Shown: piece after piece, positions 53,306 to 64,000 of the stretch | Layout: every line of letters begins with the position of its first letter | Position numbering within the stretch: the stretch's first letter is position 1 | From: Octopus vulgaris | Lineage: Eukaryota | Reading direction: 5' to 3' | Length of the DNA: 64,000 nt | Assembly (NCBI GenBank): GCA_951406725.2 | Contig: OX597836.1 | Location: forward strand, 31,248,001 to 31,312,000 | The notes under the pieces: generated by a model | What the model was told of the DNA's origin: nothing | Seen by the model: only the letters and a program-made list of their open reading frames with translations | The model's database searches: none | Translations under genes and position numbers: made by a program

Positions 53306-55014
53306 TTTGTGTGTGTATAAAAGTGAGTTTGTGGGTATACATTATCCAGGTGGATACTGCTTTCGCTCTCTTTGCAATACATACCATACTGGTTTCTGTC
53401 CCTTCTTTTTACTCCTCTCTGATGAGTTGTAGTGCACTCATGCATTTATACAATTAGCTCATGATTATTTACTCTTGAAAATATTTTCAACTGTGCTGGT
53501 ATATTTCTGTTACCTTCACACAGCAACTGGAGACAATAAATAACTCACTGTAGTAATTTTAATATATATATATCTATATGTCTATCTATCTTCAAACACA
53601 CACATACATAAAAACAACTTTATCATGTTCAAACAATCTATGTTGCAGCAACTACTTTGTAATGTAAACTTCAAAAAATACTTCAAGGATAATTCAAAAC
53701 TGTTGTAGTGGCCCTAAGCACCGACTACCATAAGCTCATTATCGTCATATATACAAGATGTATACTAGACATATACAAGATATATATATTGTATAAATAC
53801 CAAGCTTATTATACAGTAGATATATATTAGATATAAGCAAGACATTATGTAGTAGATACACAGTAGACATAGATATATACTAGATATATTGTATACCCGA
53901 TAAATGAACAAAGTAGCCTCTGTGTAAATCATTCAAACTGCTGTACAAAAAAAAGCCAAATCTGCCTCAAATGACATCCTACTGCTTTTTAAATTTTTTT
54001 TAAGAAAAAACAAAAACGAAACAAGGAAGGATATGTTTAATGAAGTCCTACACAAACGTAATATCTGTATAAATGACAGAAAGGTCATGGCTAGAACCTT
54101 AGATCAGAGACTTATTGACTCTGGAAGTATCAAAGACAAACCCTACTTAGGTGTGGAGGCATGTGGCCTAGTGGTTAGGGTGTTAGACTCATGATTGTAA
54201 GATTGTCTTTTTTTTTTTTATTCCTGGACTGGGAGATGCATTGTGTTCTTGAGCAATATACTTCATTTCACATTGATCCAGTCCATTCAGCTGGCAAAAC
54301 TGAATAATCCTGTTGTGGACTGGCATCCCGTCCAGGTGGGATATTTATACACCATGGAAACCAGCCCTTATGAGGCAGCATGATGTGAGAAGGTAATTTG
54401 ACCTTTTTTTTTTTCATACTTTCTTAACTGAACTCAGAACCTAAAATGATTAAATACTACAAGGTATTTTTGTCAGCTACCCACCAATTCTGTCAAGTCA
54501 CTAGCCTTCAATTCTAAAATAGAAACATGGTGTTGGATAGTGGGGAATATTTAATTTAATTAAACCGAGGACTAAAACAGATCAAAAGTGAAATAAATGT
54601 ATTTGAAATGAGGAAGGGGTTATTTTAGACTCTTCTTCTTCTACAAAGCAAAACCTAGTTTAGGCTGCCTTTGTGCTGTTTACACTCATTTGCCAATATA
54701 GATTGTTGCTAATTTCTTCGGATCCTACTGTTTACTTAGATGGTACTTTATTTTATCAACCCTAGAAGGATAAACAGTAAAGTTGGTGTTGGCTTCATGT
54801 GATCTCAGTAAGAAAAATAACGATCTCTTAACTTTGGCAGAAAGCCGTGAATTTTATGTAGAATAGGAAAATAGTTGATTGTGTTGGATCCAGTACTGAA
54901 CTGGTTACTTTTAAAAAAATTTTTTTTTTTATTATTAAATCACCTCCCTTGAAGAATTTGAACTCAGAAACAGAAATCAACAACAATAACAACAAAAACT
55001 AAAAGAATACTGAC

Positions 55015-55079
55015 GTGTCTTCGGGAAGATCCATACTTTCCAGTTCTGCTGTAACATCTGCTATTTCTTCTTTGAGTCG
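55015..55079 (-). CDS. CYTH1: Internal coding exon of a cytohesin-family ARF-GEF (coiled-coil exon)
   Basis: Minus strand reads ttttctttgtgtttttccag|CGACTCAAAGAAGAAATAGCAGATGTTACAGCAGAACTGGAAAGTATGGATCTTCCCGAAGACAC|gtcagt. It is 65 nt, phase 0 to 2, and translates RLKEEIADVTAELESMDLPED(T). From memory this matches vertebrate cytohesin-1 RLKDEIAEVANEIENLGSTEE(R), with the same exon length and phases. The symbol denotes the family (invertebrate cytohesin/steppke-like), not strict orthology. Confidence 0.85.
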
Positions 55080-56837
55080 CTGGAAAAACACAAAGAAAAC
55101 CAAAGAAATGAGAGAAAACTAAGAACGCAAAGTCAATATTCAACAATATTTTCACTACTGTGTTGGCTGAAAAGTTTATTTTTTTTATTAATATGTCAAT
55201 GTTTAATTTATCAATAATGTAGCAAAGTTTATTTTTAAATGTGACTTTTTGGATTTATATTACCACATTTCTGATAAATAAAAGCTAGTTAAAGAATTTG
55301 CAAAACCATCATCACCATCATTGTTTTAATGTCCACTTTTCCATGTTCACATGGGTCAAATATAATTTTTATTCAGGCAGATTTTTCTATGACCGGATGC
55401 CTTTCCTGTCACCAACTCTCACTTGTTACCAAGTAAGGCAAAATTTTCCCATGGCCAGACAGGTTTTCAGGGAATATTGGAAACAAAGGACACTGCTTAC
55501 ATGATAGTTACAATCACACTCATTTACAACATTCACATGAGGTTAAGAAGGACACAGTAACACACACACACACACACACACACATACCGTATATGCCAGC
55601 ACATAAGACATGCCTTTTTTATTCTTAAATCTAACAACAATTTTCGATGTGCTTTAATGTGACCATATTATGGATGGGATATCAAGGTGGGATGGTGTAT
55701 GAGAAAACATACTAAATTTGTTTTTTCCACAGAATATACATGTAAAAGTAGAGGTCTATGTTATGGGGGAGTGCATCTTATATAGTCTCTATCATTGTCG
55801 TCGTCATCATCATTTAACGTCTGTTTTCCATGCTAGCATTGGTTGGACAGTTCAACCAGGGTCTGGGAAGTCAGGAGACTGCACAAGGCTCCAGTTTGAT
55901 CTGACAGTGTTTCTACAGCTGGATGCCCTAAGGGAAAAAAACCCCTTGGTCATGATTGCACCTAGAAAGTTCCCCTATGTGGCACAATTCTGAGCAAGGT
56001 TATTTATGGAAGACCAGCCATTACCTGTGCATACTGGCCTTCTCTCTCCATGCCACCGATATAATCCAAGGGAAAGGAAACAGCAGATACGGCTTGGCAC
56101 CAGTGACATTGCAACTCATTTCTACAAATGAGTGAACTAGAGCAATGTGAAATAAAGTGTCTTGCTCAAGAATACAACACAAGGCCCAGTCTTGGAATCA
56201 AGCTCACTACCTCATGATTGTGAGCCCGACACTAACCACTGAGCAATGCACCTTCACACACACACACACACACACACACACGACGGGCTTCTTTCACTTT
56301 CCAACTATCAAACCTACTCAAGGCTTTAGTCAGTCCTGGGCTGTAGTAGGAGACACTTGCCCAAGGTGCCATGCAGTGGGACTGAACTTAAGACCACCTG
56401 TGACAATTTTATTTTTATCATTAACATACTGAAGAGTTCGTTACCACATTAATAACGAATAAAGCATTTGTATAATAGAAAAGAAAAGAGAAATGTTCTT
56501 TTGTTTTATTCTCACCATTCTGTCCCTTAGAACATAAAGAAGACACAGCAAAGTGAAAGGTATCAAAACAGTCCCTTTTATTTGTTAGACTGAATGTCAA
56601 TAACTATTTTTAAATCGGAACCCTTGTGTGAATGTGTCAGCAAGACAACATTAGCCACAACACAAACATTCGACCGACAATAAATACAAAAGAGGAAAAT
56701 AGTTTTGGGCCCCGAGTTGACAGAAATCGATCCAGCAAACTCAATACCAAACAGTAAAACACATTGGACTCACTTCAACTCTTGACTACTACCAAGAAAA
56801 AACTACAACACCATCAGTATACTTAACCACCCCACAG

Positions 56838-57010
56838 TACTACTACTACTACTACTACAACTGCTACTGCTGCTGCTGCTACTACTACTACTACTACTGC
56901 TACTACTACTACTACCGCTACTACTACTGCTGCTACTACTACTACCGCTACTACTACTGCTGCTACTACTACTACTACTACTGCTGCTACTACTACTACT
57001 ACTACTACTA
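56838..57010 (+). repeat. (CTA)/(CTG)n trinucleotide microsatellite
   Basis: Directly visible. It produces the spurious poly-Ser ORF. Confidence 0.95.
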
Positions 57011-57368
57011 CAGAACCACCACCACCACCTCTTAAATAATATACAGAGAAACAAATAATAATCTAACTGGCCCCAAACACTGGTAGGAAGTAGCAGTGTT
57101 TGCTTTAAAATAGTAGTAGTAGAGGTGGTGGTGGTTTCTAATTTAGGTACAAGGCAGGCTATTTTGAGAAAAGAAGGTTAGTTGATAAAATTGATGATTC
57201 CAATACTTGATTGGTACTTGTATTTTATTGACTTCAAAAGGATGAAGGAGCAAAGACAACCATAGCAGGATTTGAACTCAGAACACACAAAGATGTAACA
57301 AAATAACAAAAGGCATTTCTTTTTTTCAACACTTTATGCCAATCCACCACTTAATAATAATAATAATG

Positions 57369-57403
<35 letters not shown>

Positions 57404-57753
57404 TCTATTTTTGCTTCCAGGGTAACAGGGAAATTATTACAGGAATAAATCTTGAAAACATGGTGACTGTGTGTGATATGAAATATGCCAACTGGAAAAC
57501 AAATATACAATATATATTTAATATATAATATATATATAGGCACATGAGTGGCTGAGTGGTAAGAAGTTTGCTTCCCAACCACATGGTTCCGGGTTCAGTC
57601 CTGCTGCATTTTACCTTGGGCAAGTGTTTTCTACTATGGCCCCAAGCTAACCAAGTCCAGTCATAGAAAATCTGCCTCAGCAAATTTCGTCTGACCCACG
57701 CAAGCATAGAAAAGTGGATGTGATGATTAACTATCTCGTTAATTTAGACATGT

Positions 57754-58076
57754 GAAGGCACGTGGCTTAGTGGTTAGGGTGTTCAGTTCACGATCGCAAG
57801 GTCATGAGTTTGATTGCCGGTGGTGCATTGTGTCCTTGAGCAAGACACTTTATTTCACATTGCTTCAGTTCACCTAGCTGACAAAACTGGATAGTACTTG
57901 TATTTCAAAGGGCCAGCCTTGTCACATTCCGTGTCATGCTGAACCTTCTTGAGAACTACATTAAGGGTATGTATGTCCATCGAGAGCTTAGCCACTTGCA
58001 TGTTCATTTCACGAGCAGGCTGTTCCATCAATTGGATCAACTGGAACACTCATTGTTGTAACTGATGGAGAGCCAG
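57754..58076 (+). mobile_element. tRNA/CORE-like SINE, second family
   Basis: tggcttagtggttagggtg...gagtt(t)gatt...tgtgtccttgagcaagacacttta...gggccagccttgtcaca...actgatggag. Relatives at ~2550-2900(-), 17525-17827, 21225-21470 and 63260-63570. Confidence 0.75.
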
Positions 58077-58086
58077 TTATTATAGA

Positions 58087-58453
58087 CTAGCACTATGACT
58101 CAGCAATGCCGGGTCATAATGCTAGTGCATGCATATACACCTACATGCATGCGCACATACATGCGAGTGTACTGTCCAAATCTCCAACCAATCACATACA
58201 GCTAGCTGGCATTCAATTGGCGTATCAATTTTCAAGCATTTTGATTGGGTCTTGGATAGAAAATTCACAAAAAGTCATTTCTATTGATTTTTTAATGGCT
58301 TTGCGTGGTGACTGGGGAAATGTAAAGATGTGCACGACCACCCTTGGACGGTTTTGAATGACCATAGAAAGTGCGAGCCTTCTAACTGAAAAATTGTGAA
58401 TTTGTATAAAGGACACACACACAGACATTTTGCCGTTTATATATATATAGAGA
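58087..58453 (-). mobile_element. Non-autonomous Helitron (family shared with 59787-60122)
   Basis: Minus strand A|TCTCTATATATATA ... hairpin ... CTAG|T. It is the reverse-complement homologue of 59787-60122. Confidence 0.8.
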
Positions 58454-59015
58454 TGAGGGATTTTATTTTATTGCTTTGCTTTTATTTCTTCCCCTACAGC
58501 CTTCCTGGTTTCTTGTCCTCTAAATCAACTACATTTACTGTTAAGATATAAGACTATGCTGTTAAATGCCTAATACATGCGCTCACACACAACCAAATTC
58601 CAGAGAGAGAAGACAGGTGTCTTCCTTCATGGAATGTAGGATAAAAAGTTTGGTACTGCTGCAGCCACAGAAAAATACACAGCCATTACAGAACGAAGAG
58701 CTTGCATGTGTCTGTGAGACTGGTGAGGCTGGTGAAGGGCCCATGATTCACTCTTGTTGGTGGAGTTAAAGCTAATCTTAATCTAAAAAATCTGTCGGCT
58801 GTCTACCAAATGTAAATGTCTTTTCACTTCACTCCCATCCTCAACACCATGATATACAGGACTTACAAAGTGATACAACAGAACAAATAAACCAAAACAT
58901 CGTGGTAGTGTCATTTAACCCTTTAGCATTTCATCGCGTCATATCCGGCCCAAAGGTTCTATCTGTTTTATGTTAAAACTGACCAGATCCAATCTTTTAT
59001 CCCTATCCTACAATG

Positions 59016-59262
59016 TCATCATCATCATCGTTTAACGTCCGTTCTCCATGCTAGCATGGGTTGGACGGTTCGACCGGGGATCTGGGAAGCCAGAAGGCTG
59101 CACCAGGCCCCAGTCTGATCTGGCAGTGTTTCTACAGCTGGATGCCCTTCCTAACGCCAACCACTCCGTGAGTGTAGTGGGTGCTTTTTACGTGCCACCT
59201 GCACAGGTGCTAGGCGAGGCTGGCAACGGCCACGATCGGATTGGTGCATTTTACGTGCCACT
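59016..59262 (-). mobile_element. RTE 3'-end fragment nested in a TTAA-MITE (~58915-59360)
   Basis: Same tail sequence. The host MITE sequence is interrupted and resumes afterwards. Confidence 0.8.
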
Positions 59263-59786
59263 GAAATCTTGAAACTACAAGATAAATGCATGATTAATTC
59301 AAAGCGATGTGAATAAATAAGCTTCACATTTGACAAAGAAACCTGTTTACAAAAGGGTCAAAAACATGCACGGTCACATTTGTTTTATTTTGTACTACAT
59401 TACTATTACGCATCAAAATATTTTGTTGTACATCTTCAACTGAGCCTCAAACAAGCTTCATTGCAGGATGGCTGTGTGCATAAGGAGTTTACCTCTCATC
59501 TACACGGGTTTGGGTTTAGTCTCACTGTGTGGCATCTTGGGCAAGTTTCTTCTACTATAATCCCAATTTGCCAAAACCATTTTGGGTACAGGACGTATTT
59601 GGCAGACAGAAACTGAAAGACAGCGTGTGTGTGTGTGTGTGTGTGTGCGTGTTCTTGTCTTGATATTGTGTGACTGTTGCAAGTGAATGAACGGCACTCA
59701 TTTCCAGTATCCTGCAAAACCATATCTGTCCAAGGGGAAATACTACTTTGTTTGGAAACAGGAAAGGGCAGATGACAGGAAGAGCA

Positions 59787-60122
59787 TCTCTATATATATA
59801 AACAGCAAAATGTCTGTCTGTGTGTGTGTGTCCTTTATACAAATCCACAATTTTTCAGTTAGAGGGCTCGCACTTTCTATGGTCATTCAAAACTGTCCAA
59901 GGGTGGTCGTGCACATCTTTACATTTCTCCAGTCACCCCGCAAAGCCATTAAAAAATCAATAGAAGTCAAAATGCCTGAAACTTGATATGCCAATTGAAT
60001 GCCAGCTAGCTGTATGTGATTGATCGGAGATTTGGACAGCACTCGCGTGACTGTGCGCATGCACGCAGCTGTATATGCATGCACTAGTACTATGACATGG
60101 CATTGCCGGGTCATAGTGCTAG
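59787..60122 (+). mobile_element. Non-autonomous Helitron
   Basis: A|TCTCTATATATATAAAC ... actatgac-atggcattgccgg-gtcatagt hairpin ... CTAG|T. It splits a host repeat at an AT dinucleotide with no TSD. Confidence 0.85.
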
Positions 60123-60198
60123 TTTGGCTATATAATATCTGCCTCAGTAACCTCTGTCTGATCTATGCAATCATGGAAAAGTATACACTCAAATGATA

Positions 60199-60419
60199 CG
60201 AAGAGGTGCCGAAAAGTTCTTAACTTTAAGAGTATTGTGAAAGGCCTGGTTGGAGGCCCAACCTTCCATGTTCCTTTACAGGGCTTAGAAAAACTGAAGG
60301 ACCATTGGAATAAGTGTGTGTTAATCTGAAAGAGGAATATATTGAATAAAATCATAATTAACTGATCCTTCTGTATTTTCTTTTACCTAATGCCAGAAAC
60401 TTTTCACAGCACCGCTTCG
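60199..60419 (+). mobile_element. Mariner-derived MITE with transposase C-terminal remnant
   Basis: TIR-like ends cgaagaggtgccgaaaagtt and aacttttcacagcaccgcttcg. Internal GLEKLKDHWNKCV(fs)NLKEEYIE* resembles the mariner GIxKLxxRWxKC...YxE* terminus. Confidence 0.65.
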
Positions 60420-60431
60420 CGTGTGTGTGTC

Positions 60432-60462
<31 letters not shown>

Positions 60463-60580
60463 AGTTTAGTATAGTTATATATATATGCATGTGTACATAC
60501 ATACACACATATATATGCATATATGGGTACAGTACATCACAAACTGTAAACAACGAAACAAATGGAAAATAGAACAAGTA

Positions 60581-60664
<84 letters not shown>

Positions 60665-60764
60665 TTATCATACACTTTTCCATGCTTGCATAGAATTTGC
60701 TGAAGTAGATTTTCTAAAGCTGGATGCCCTTCCAGTCAACAACCCTCATATAATGTCAAAACAA

Positions 60765-60807
<43 letters not shown>

Positions 60808-60985
60808 ACAGCTCAATCACACCTCCTACCCCTACATACTTCTGTTATAATGTCTTCCATCAAGTGTACAGTTAGTAGATTCTTAAGCCATAAATCAATA
60901 ATGCTCTAAGTTAATATCAATTGGAATCACGCACAGGTCTTAGAATGGCTCTTAGGTCTACTGTGCTCCTCTTACATACACACAC

Positions 60986-61028
<43 letters not shown>

Positions 61029-61307
61029 CAAGTATGTACACACAAACATGCACAGACATACACAGATGCACTCAATAACAAGATTACAACATAGCTTCTA
61101 ACTCACTAAACTATAAATTTAATTAATTATATTAAATAGTCACTATTTCACTCTCTACCTAACTGGAGATTATGGAAGACCAAGGAACAATAATAAAACT
61201 AAACAATAAGCTAAATGTCTTTTTCAATAGTTCCCATCTAAGATGTGATGTTATTACAGCTAGTTCGTTCATTGATTCTATGAAGCCATGAAGAAACAAA
61301 GTCTATA

Positions 61308-61349
<42 letters not shown>

Positions 61350-62547
61350 CTGTAAGTTCTATGTAGTCTTTACTACACAGGAATTACTTTTAATTACTTT
61401 TTAAATAGTTACACACACACACACACACTACAGTTAGCAGCTGCAGACTTAATCTTAAAACATTACAAAATATTGAACAAAAATGTTTAAAAACATGAAT
61501 TTTTGAAAATGTGATTCAGTTTGTGTCTATAGAGGCTTTATTAAAGAATGTCTGGTTGTTTTAAATGTTCAGTAAATTATATGTAGTAGCGGTTGATGCC
61601 AGCAGACGAGGTAGGGATAGATAGATAGATAGACAGATAGATAGATAGATGGATAGGGAGAGAGAGAGAGATGGGGGTGGTTTATTTGATACATTCAATG
61701 TCAAAGTGCATTTCTTTGTTGTAGTTGTATGGCCAGTGGAGGTCAGTGCAGGTTGAGCAGATCTATGCTGGGTGGCCAACACACAGATGCAGTATATCAA
61801 TCAGCTGTATCAATCTTCTTCTCATGAGGAACAAAGCCGCATTGTACATTCTGACATGACATACAGTGGTTGTTTAACCTCAGGTCAGCACAGACCAAGC
61901 TATTGTCAAAGACATTTCAGCCGTTACCATCCCAACTTAGTACTTTTTGTCTCAGGCATAATATATCTGAGACCGGTGCCAGTTTAACCCTTTAGCATTT
62001 AGAGTATCTCTGTCAAATGTAATGCTTTTTCATTCACATTGTTTTTAACTAACCATCCATTATCTCATAGCTTTGAAATTTTGATGATGCGATAGTATAA
62101 TTTGTTTGATAGGCTGGATGTAGCTGGTTCGAACATGAAACAAGTAGCATATTTGGGCTGGATATGCCTGGTTTAAATGCTTAACCCTTTAGTGTTCGCA
62201 TTATTCTGCCAAAATTAATGCTTTTTCATCCTCATTGTTTTGAACTAATCATGCATTATCTTGTAGCTATGAGATTTTAATGAGGTACCTGTTAATTTCT
62301 AGAACAATATTGTAGGGTTGGTGTGAGAGACCAGATCCAGTCAGTTTGAACATAAAATAGGCAGAATACTTTTGGCCGGATATGGCCGGTTTAAATGCTA
62401 ACGGGTTAAGGGTTAAGGCATGCGCACAGTCTGTTCAAAACACTTTAATCCTTTTGATACCAACCCAGCTGAAACCACCTCTGGCTATGTAGTACAAATG
62501 TCTTGTTTTCATAAGTTCTGAATTAAAATTTTCCACCAAACCTTAGT

Positions 62548-62928
62548 CACAGTATATGTTTCTAACACTAGTTTATTGCTAACTAAGTTATTCTACCAAA
62601 TTTTTTGTTATATTTAAAATCAATTGAAAGAAACACAGAGTATCTCAACAGAAATACGGTAACGAAAGGGTTAAAGATTCTGTCAATTTCCCCACCCTAT
62701 TGATAATTCTTACTACTCAATGCACAAGGCCTGAAATTTTGAAGGAGAGAGAGCTAGTTGATAAGAATGATTCTTATTTTATCGACCCTGAAAAGATGAA
62801 AGGCAGAGTTGACCTTGGCAGAATTTCAACTCAGAGCATGAAGATGGACAATATGCCAATAAGTATTTTGCTGGGCATGGTAACAATTTTGCCAGCTCAC
62901 AATCTTATTTTCTAATACAGGCACAATT
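62548..62928 (+). repeat. Dispersed duplicate of 49366-49767
   Basis: Shares the MITE 3' part, the junction gggttaaagattctgtcaatttccccaccctatt, and ~250 bp of flank ending ctaatacaggcacaatt. Confidence 0.9.
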
Positions 62929-64000
62929 TTTTGTTGTATTTAAAATTAATTGAAAGAAACACAGAGTATCTCAACAGAAATATGCTAACAACAGGGTTAA
63001 GACCCATTATGTTTACCAGCCACAACATGAACCCTTTGCTTGCAACTTCTGCTCCCATTGCAACACCTGTACTTTGAATTAGAGTAAACCTAAGTCATTT
63101 TTCATTGCCATGGGCCATTTCACCTGCTTCTCCAAAAATGTGGCTTACTACATGAGAGGAAACAAGTCAGAGGTTGACTGATCAGAGTGGAGAACATTTG
63201 TTAGATGACTGATGCAGTCAAGGCTGTGTCCCTACAACTTCAATCCTAAGATTTACTTGTGATGTGGCTCAGTGGTTAGGGTATTTGGCTCACGATCTTA
63301 AGGTCATGAGTTCAATTCCTGGCGGTGTGTTGTGTTATTGAGCAAGACATTTTATTTGAAGTTCCTACACTCTACTCAGCTAGCAAAATTAACCTGTACC
63401 TGTAAGTCAAAGAGCTAGCCTTGTCACATTCTGTACCATGTTGAATAACCCCGAGAACTACATTAAGGGTAGGTATGTTTGTAGAGTGCCTGGCCACTTC
63501 CACATTAATTTCACAAACAGGTTGCTCCATCGATCGGATCAACTGGAACCCTTGTCATCATAATCAACAGTGGTTGGTGTTAGGAAGGGCATCCAGCTGC
63601 AAGAACCATGCCATAACAGACAGTGGAGTTTGATGTAGTCCTCTGGCTTGCCAGCTCCTGACAAACCATCAAACCCATGCTAGCATGGAAGACAGACATT
63701 AAATAATGATGATGATGATGACACCCAACGAAAAATTACCTTGAATTTTTTTTATTAGAGTGGCCCACCTGATGATGAGCCATGTCTCATATGGCTCACT
63801 TCTTGAAAAAGATTGACCATACCAGATTTAGACTGTCAATTTAATCTTCCCTTCTTCCACAGCAATATCAAATTGACTGTATTCTTGTTTCTTTTCATTT
63901 TTTTTTTTTTGGTGGGGGAGAGGTGCTCGTTTGTTTTCGTGCCCTACTCAGAATTTATTTAACATTACCATTCTGTTATGGACTTAATCTGGATTACCAA

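Noticed and set aside
56803-57054. Poly-Ser ORF, and poly-His, YI, CV and HT repeat ORFs elsewhere
   Set aside because: They are translations of microsatellites.
63765-63815. CTGATGA...GAAA hammerhead-like string
   Set aside because: The spacing and helices do not fit, and related copies at ~30160 and ~36270(-) do not conserve the core.

Overview
AT-rich, microsatellite- and transposon-dense animal genomic DNA. The SINE, LINE and MITE families and (TA)n/(CA)n density resemble an octopus (coleoid cephalopod) genome; this is inferred, not proven. Almost every ORF in the supplied track is spurious. One convincing host exon was found by eye: a 65-nt minus-strand exon at 55015-55079 (RLKEEIADVTAELESMDLPED, phase 0 to 2) matching the coiled-coil exon of cytohesin ARF-GEFs. 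Neither neighbouring exon was found, so the window appears to be mostly a >55 kb cytohesin intron. That intron holds two candidate ATG-initiated alternative first exons (37802-37827 and 1096-1205/1223) and a candidate 15-nt microexon (10426-10440). All three end in phase 2, so they could swap or modify the N-terminus upstream of the Sec7 domain. The rest is tRNA-derived SINEs, 5'-truncated RTE and CR1 LINEs, non-autonomous Helitrons, TTAA/TA/8-bp-TSD MITEs, and three families of Penelope-like fragments with non-canonical minimal hammerhead-like motifs, one forming a near-perfect ~480-bp palindrome. Two template-switch rearrangements are also visible. Repeat boundaries are approximate unless a TSD or terminus is quoted.
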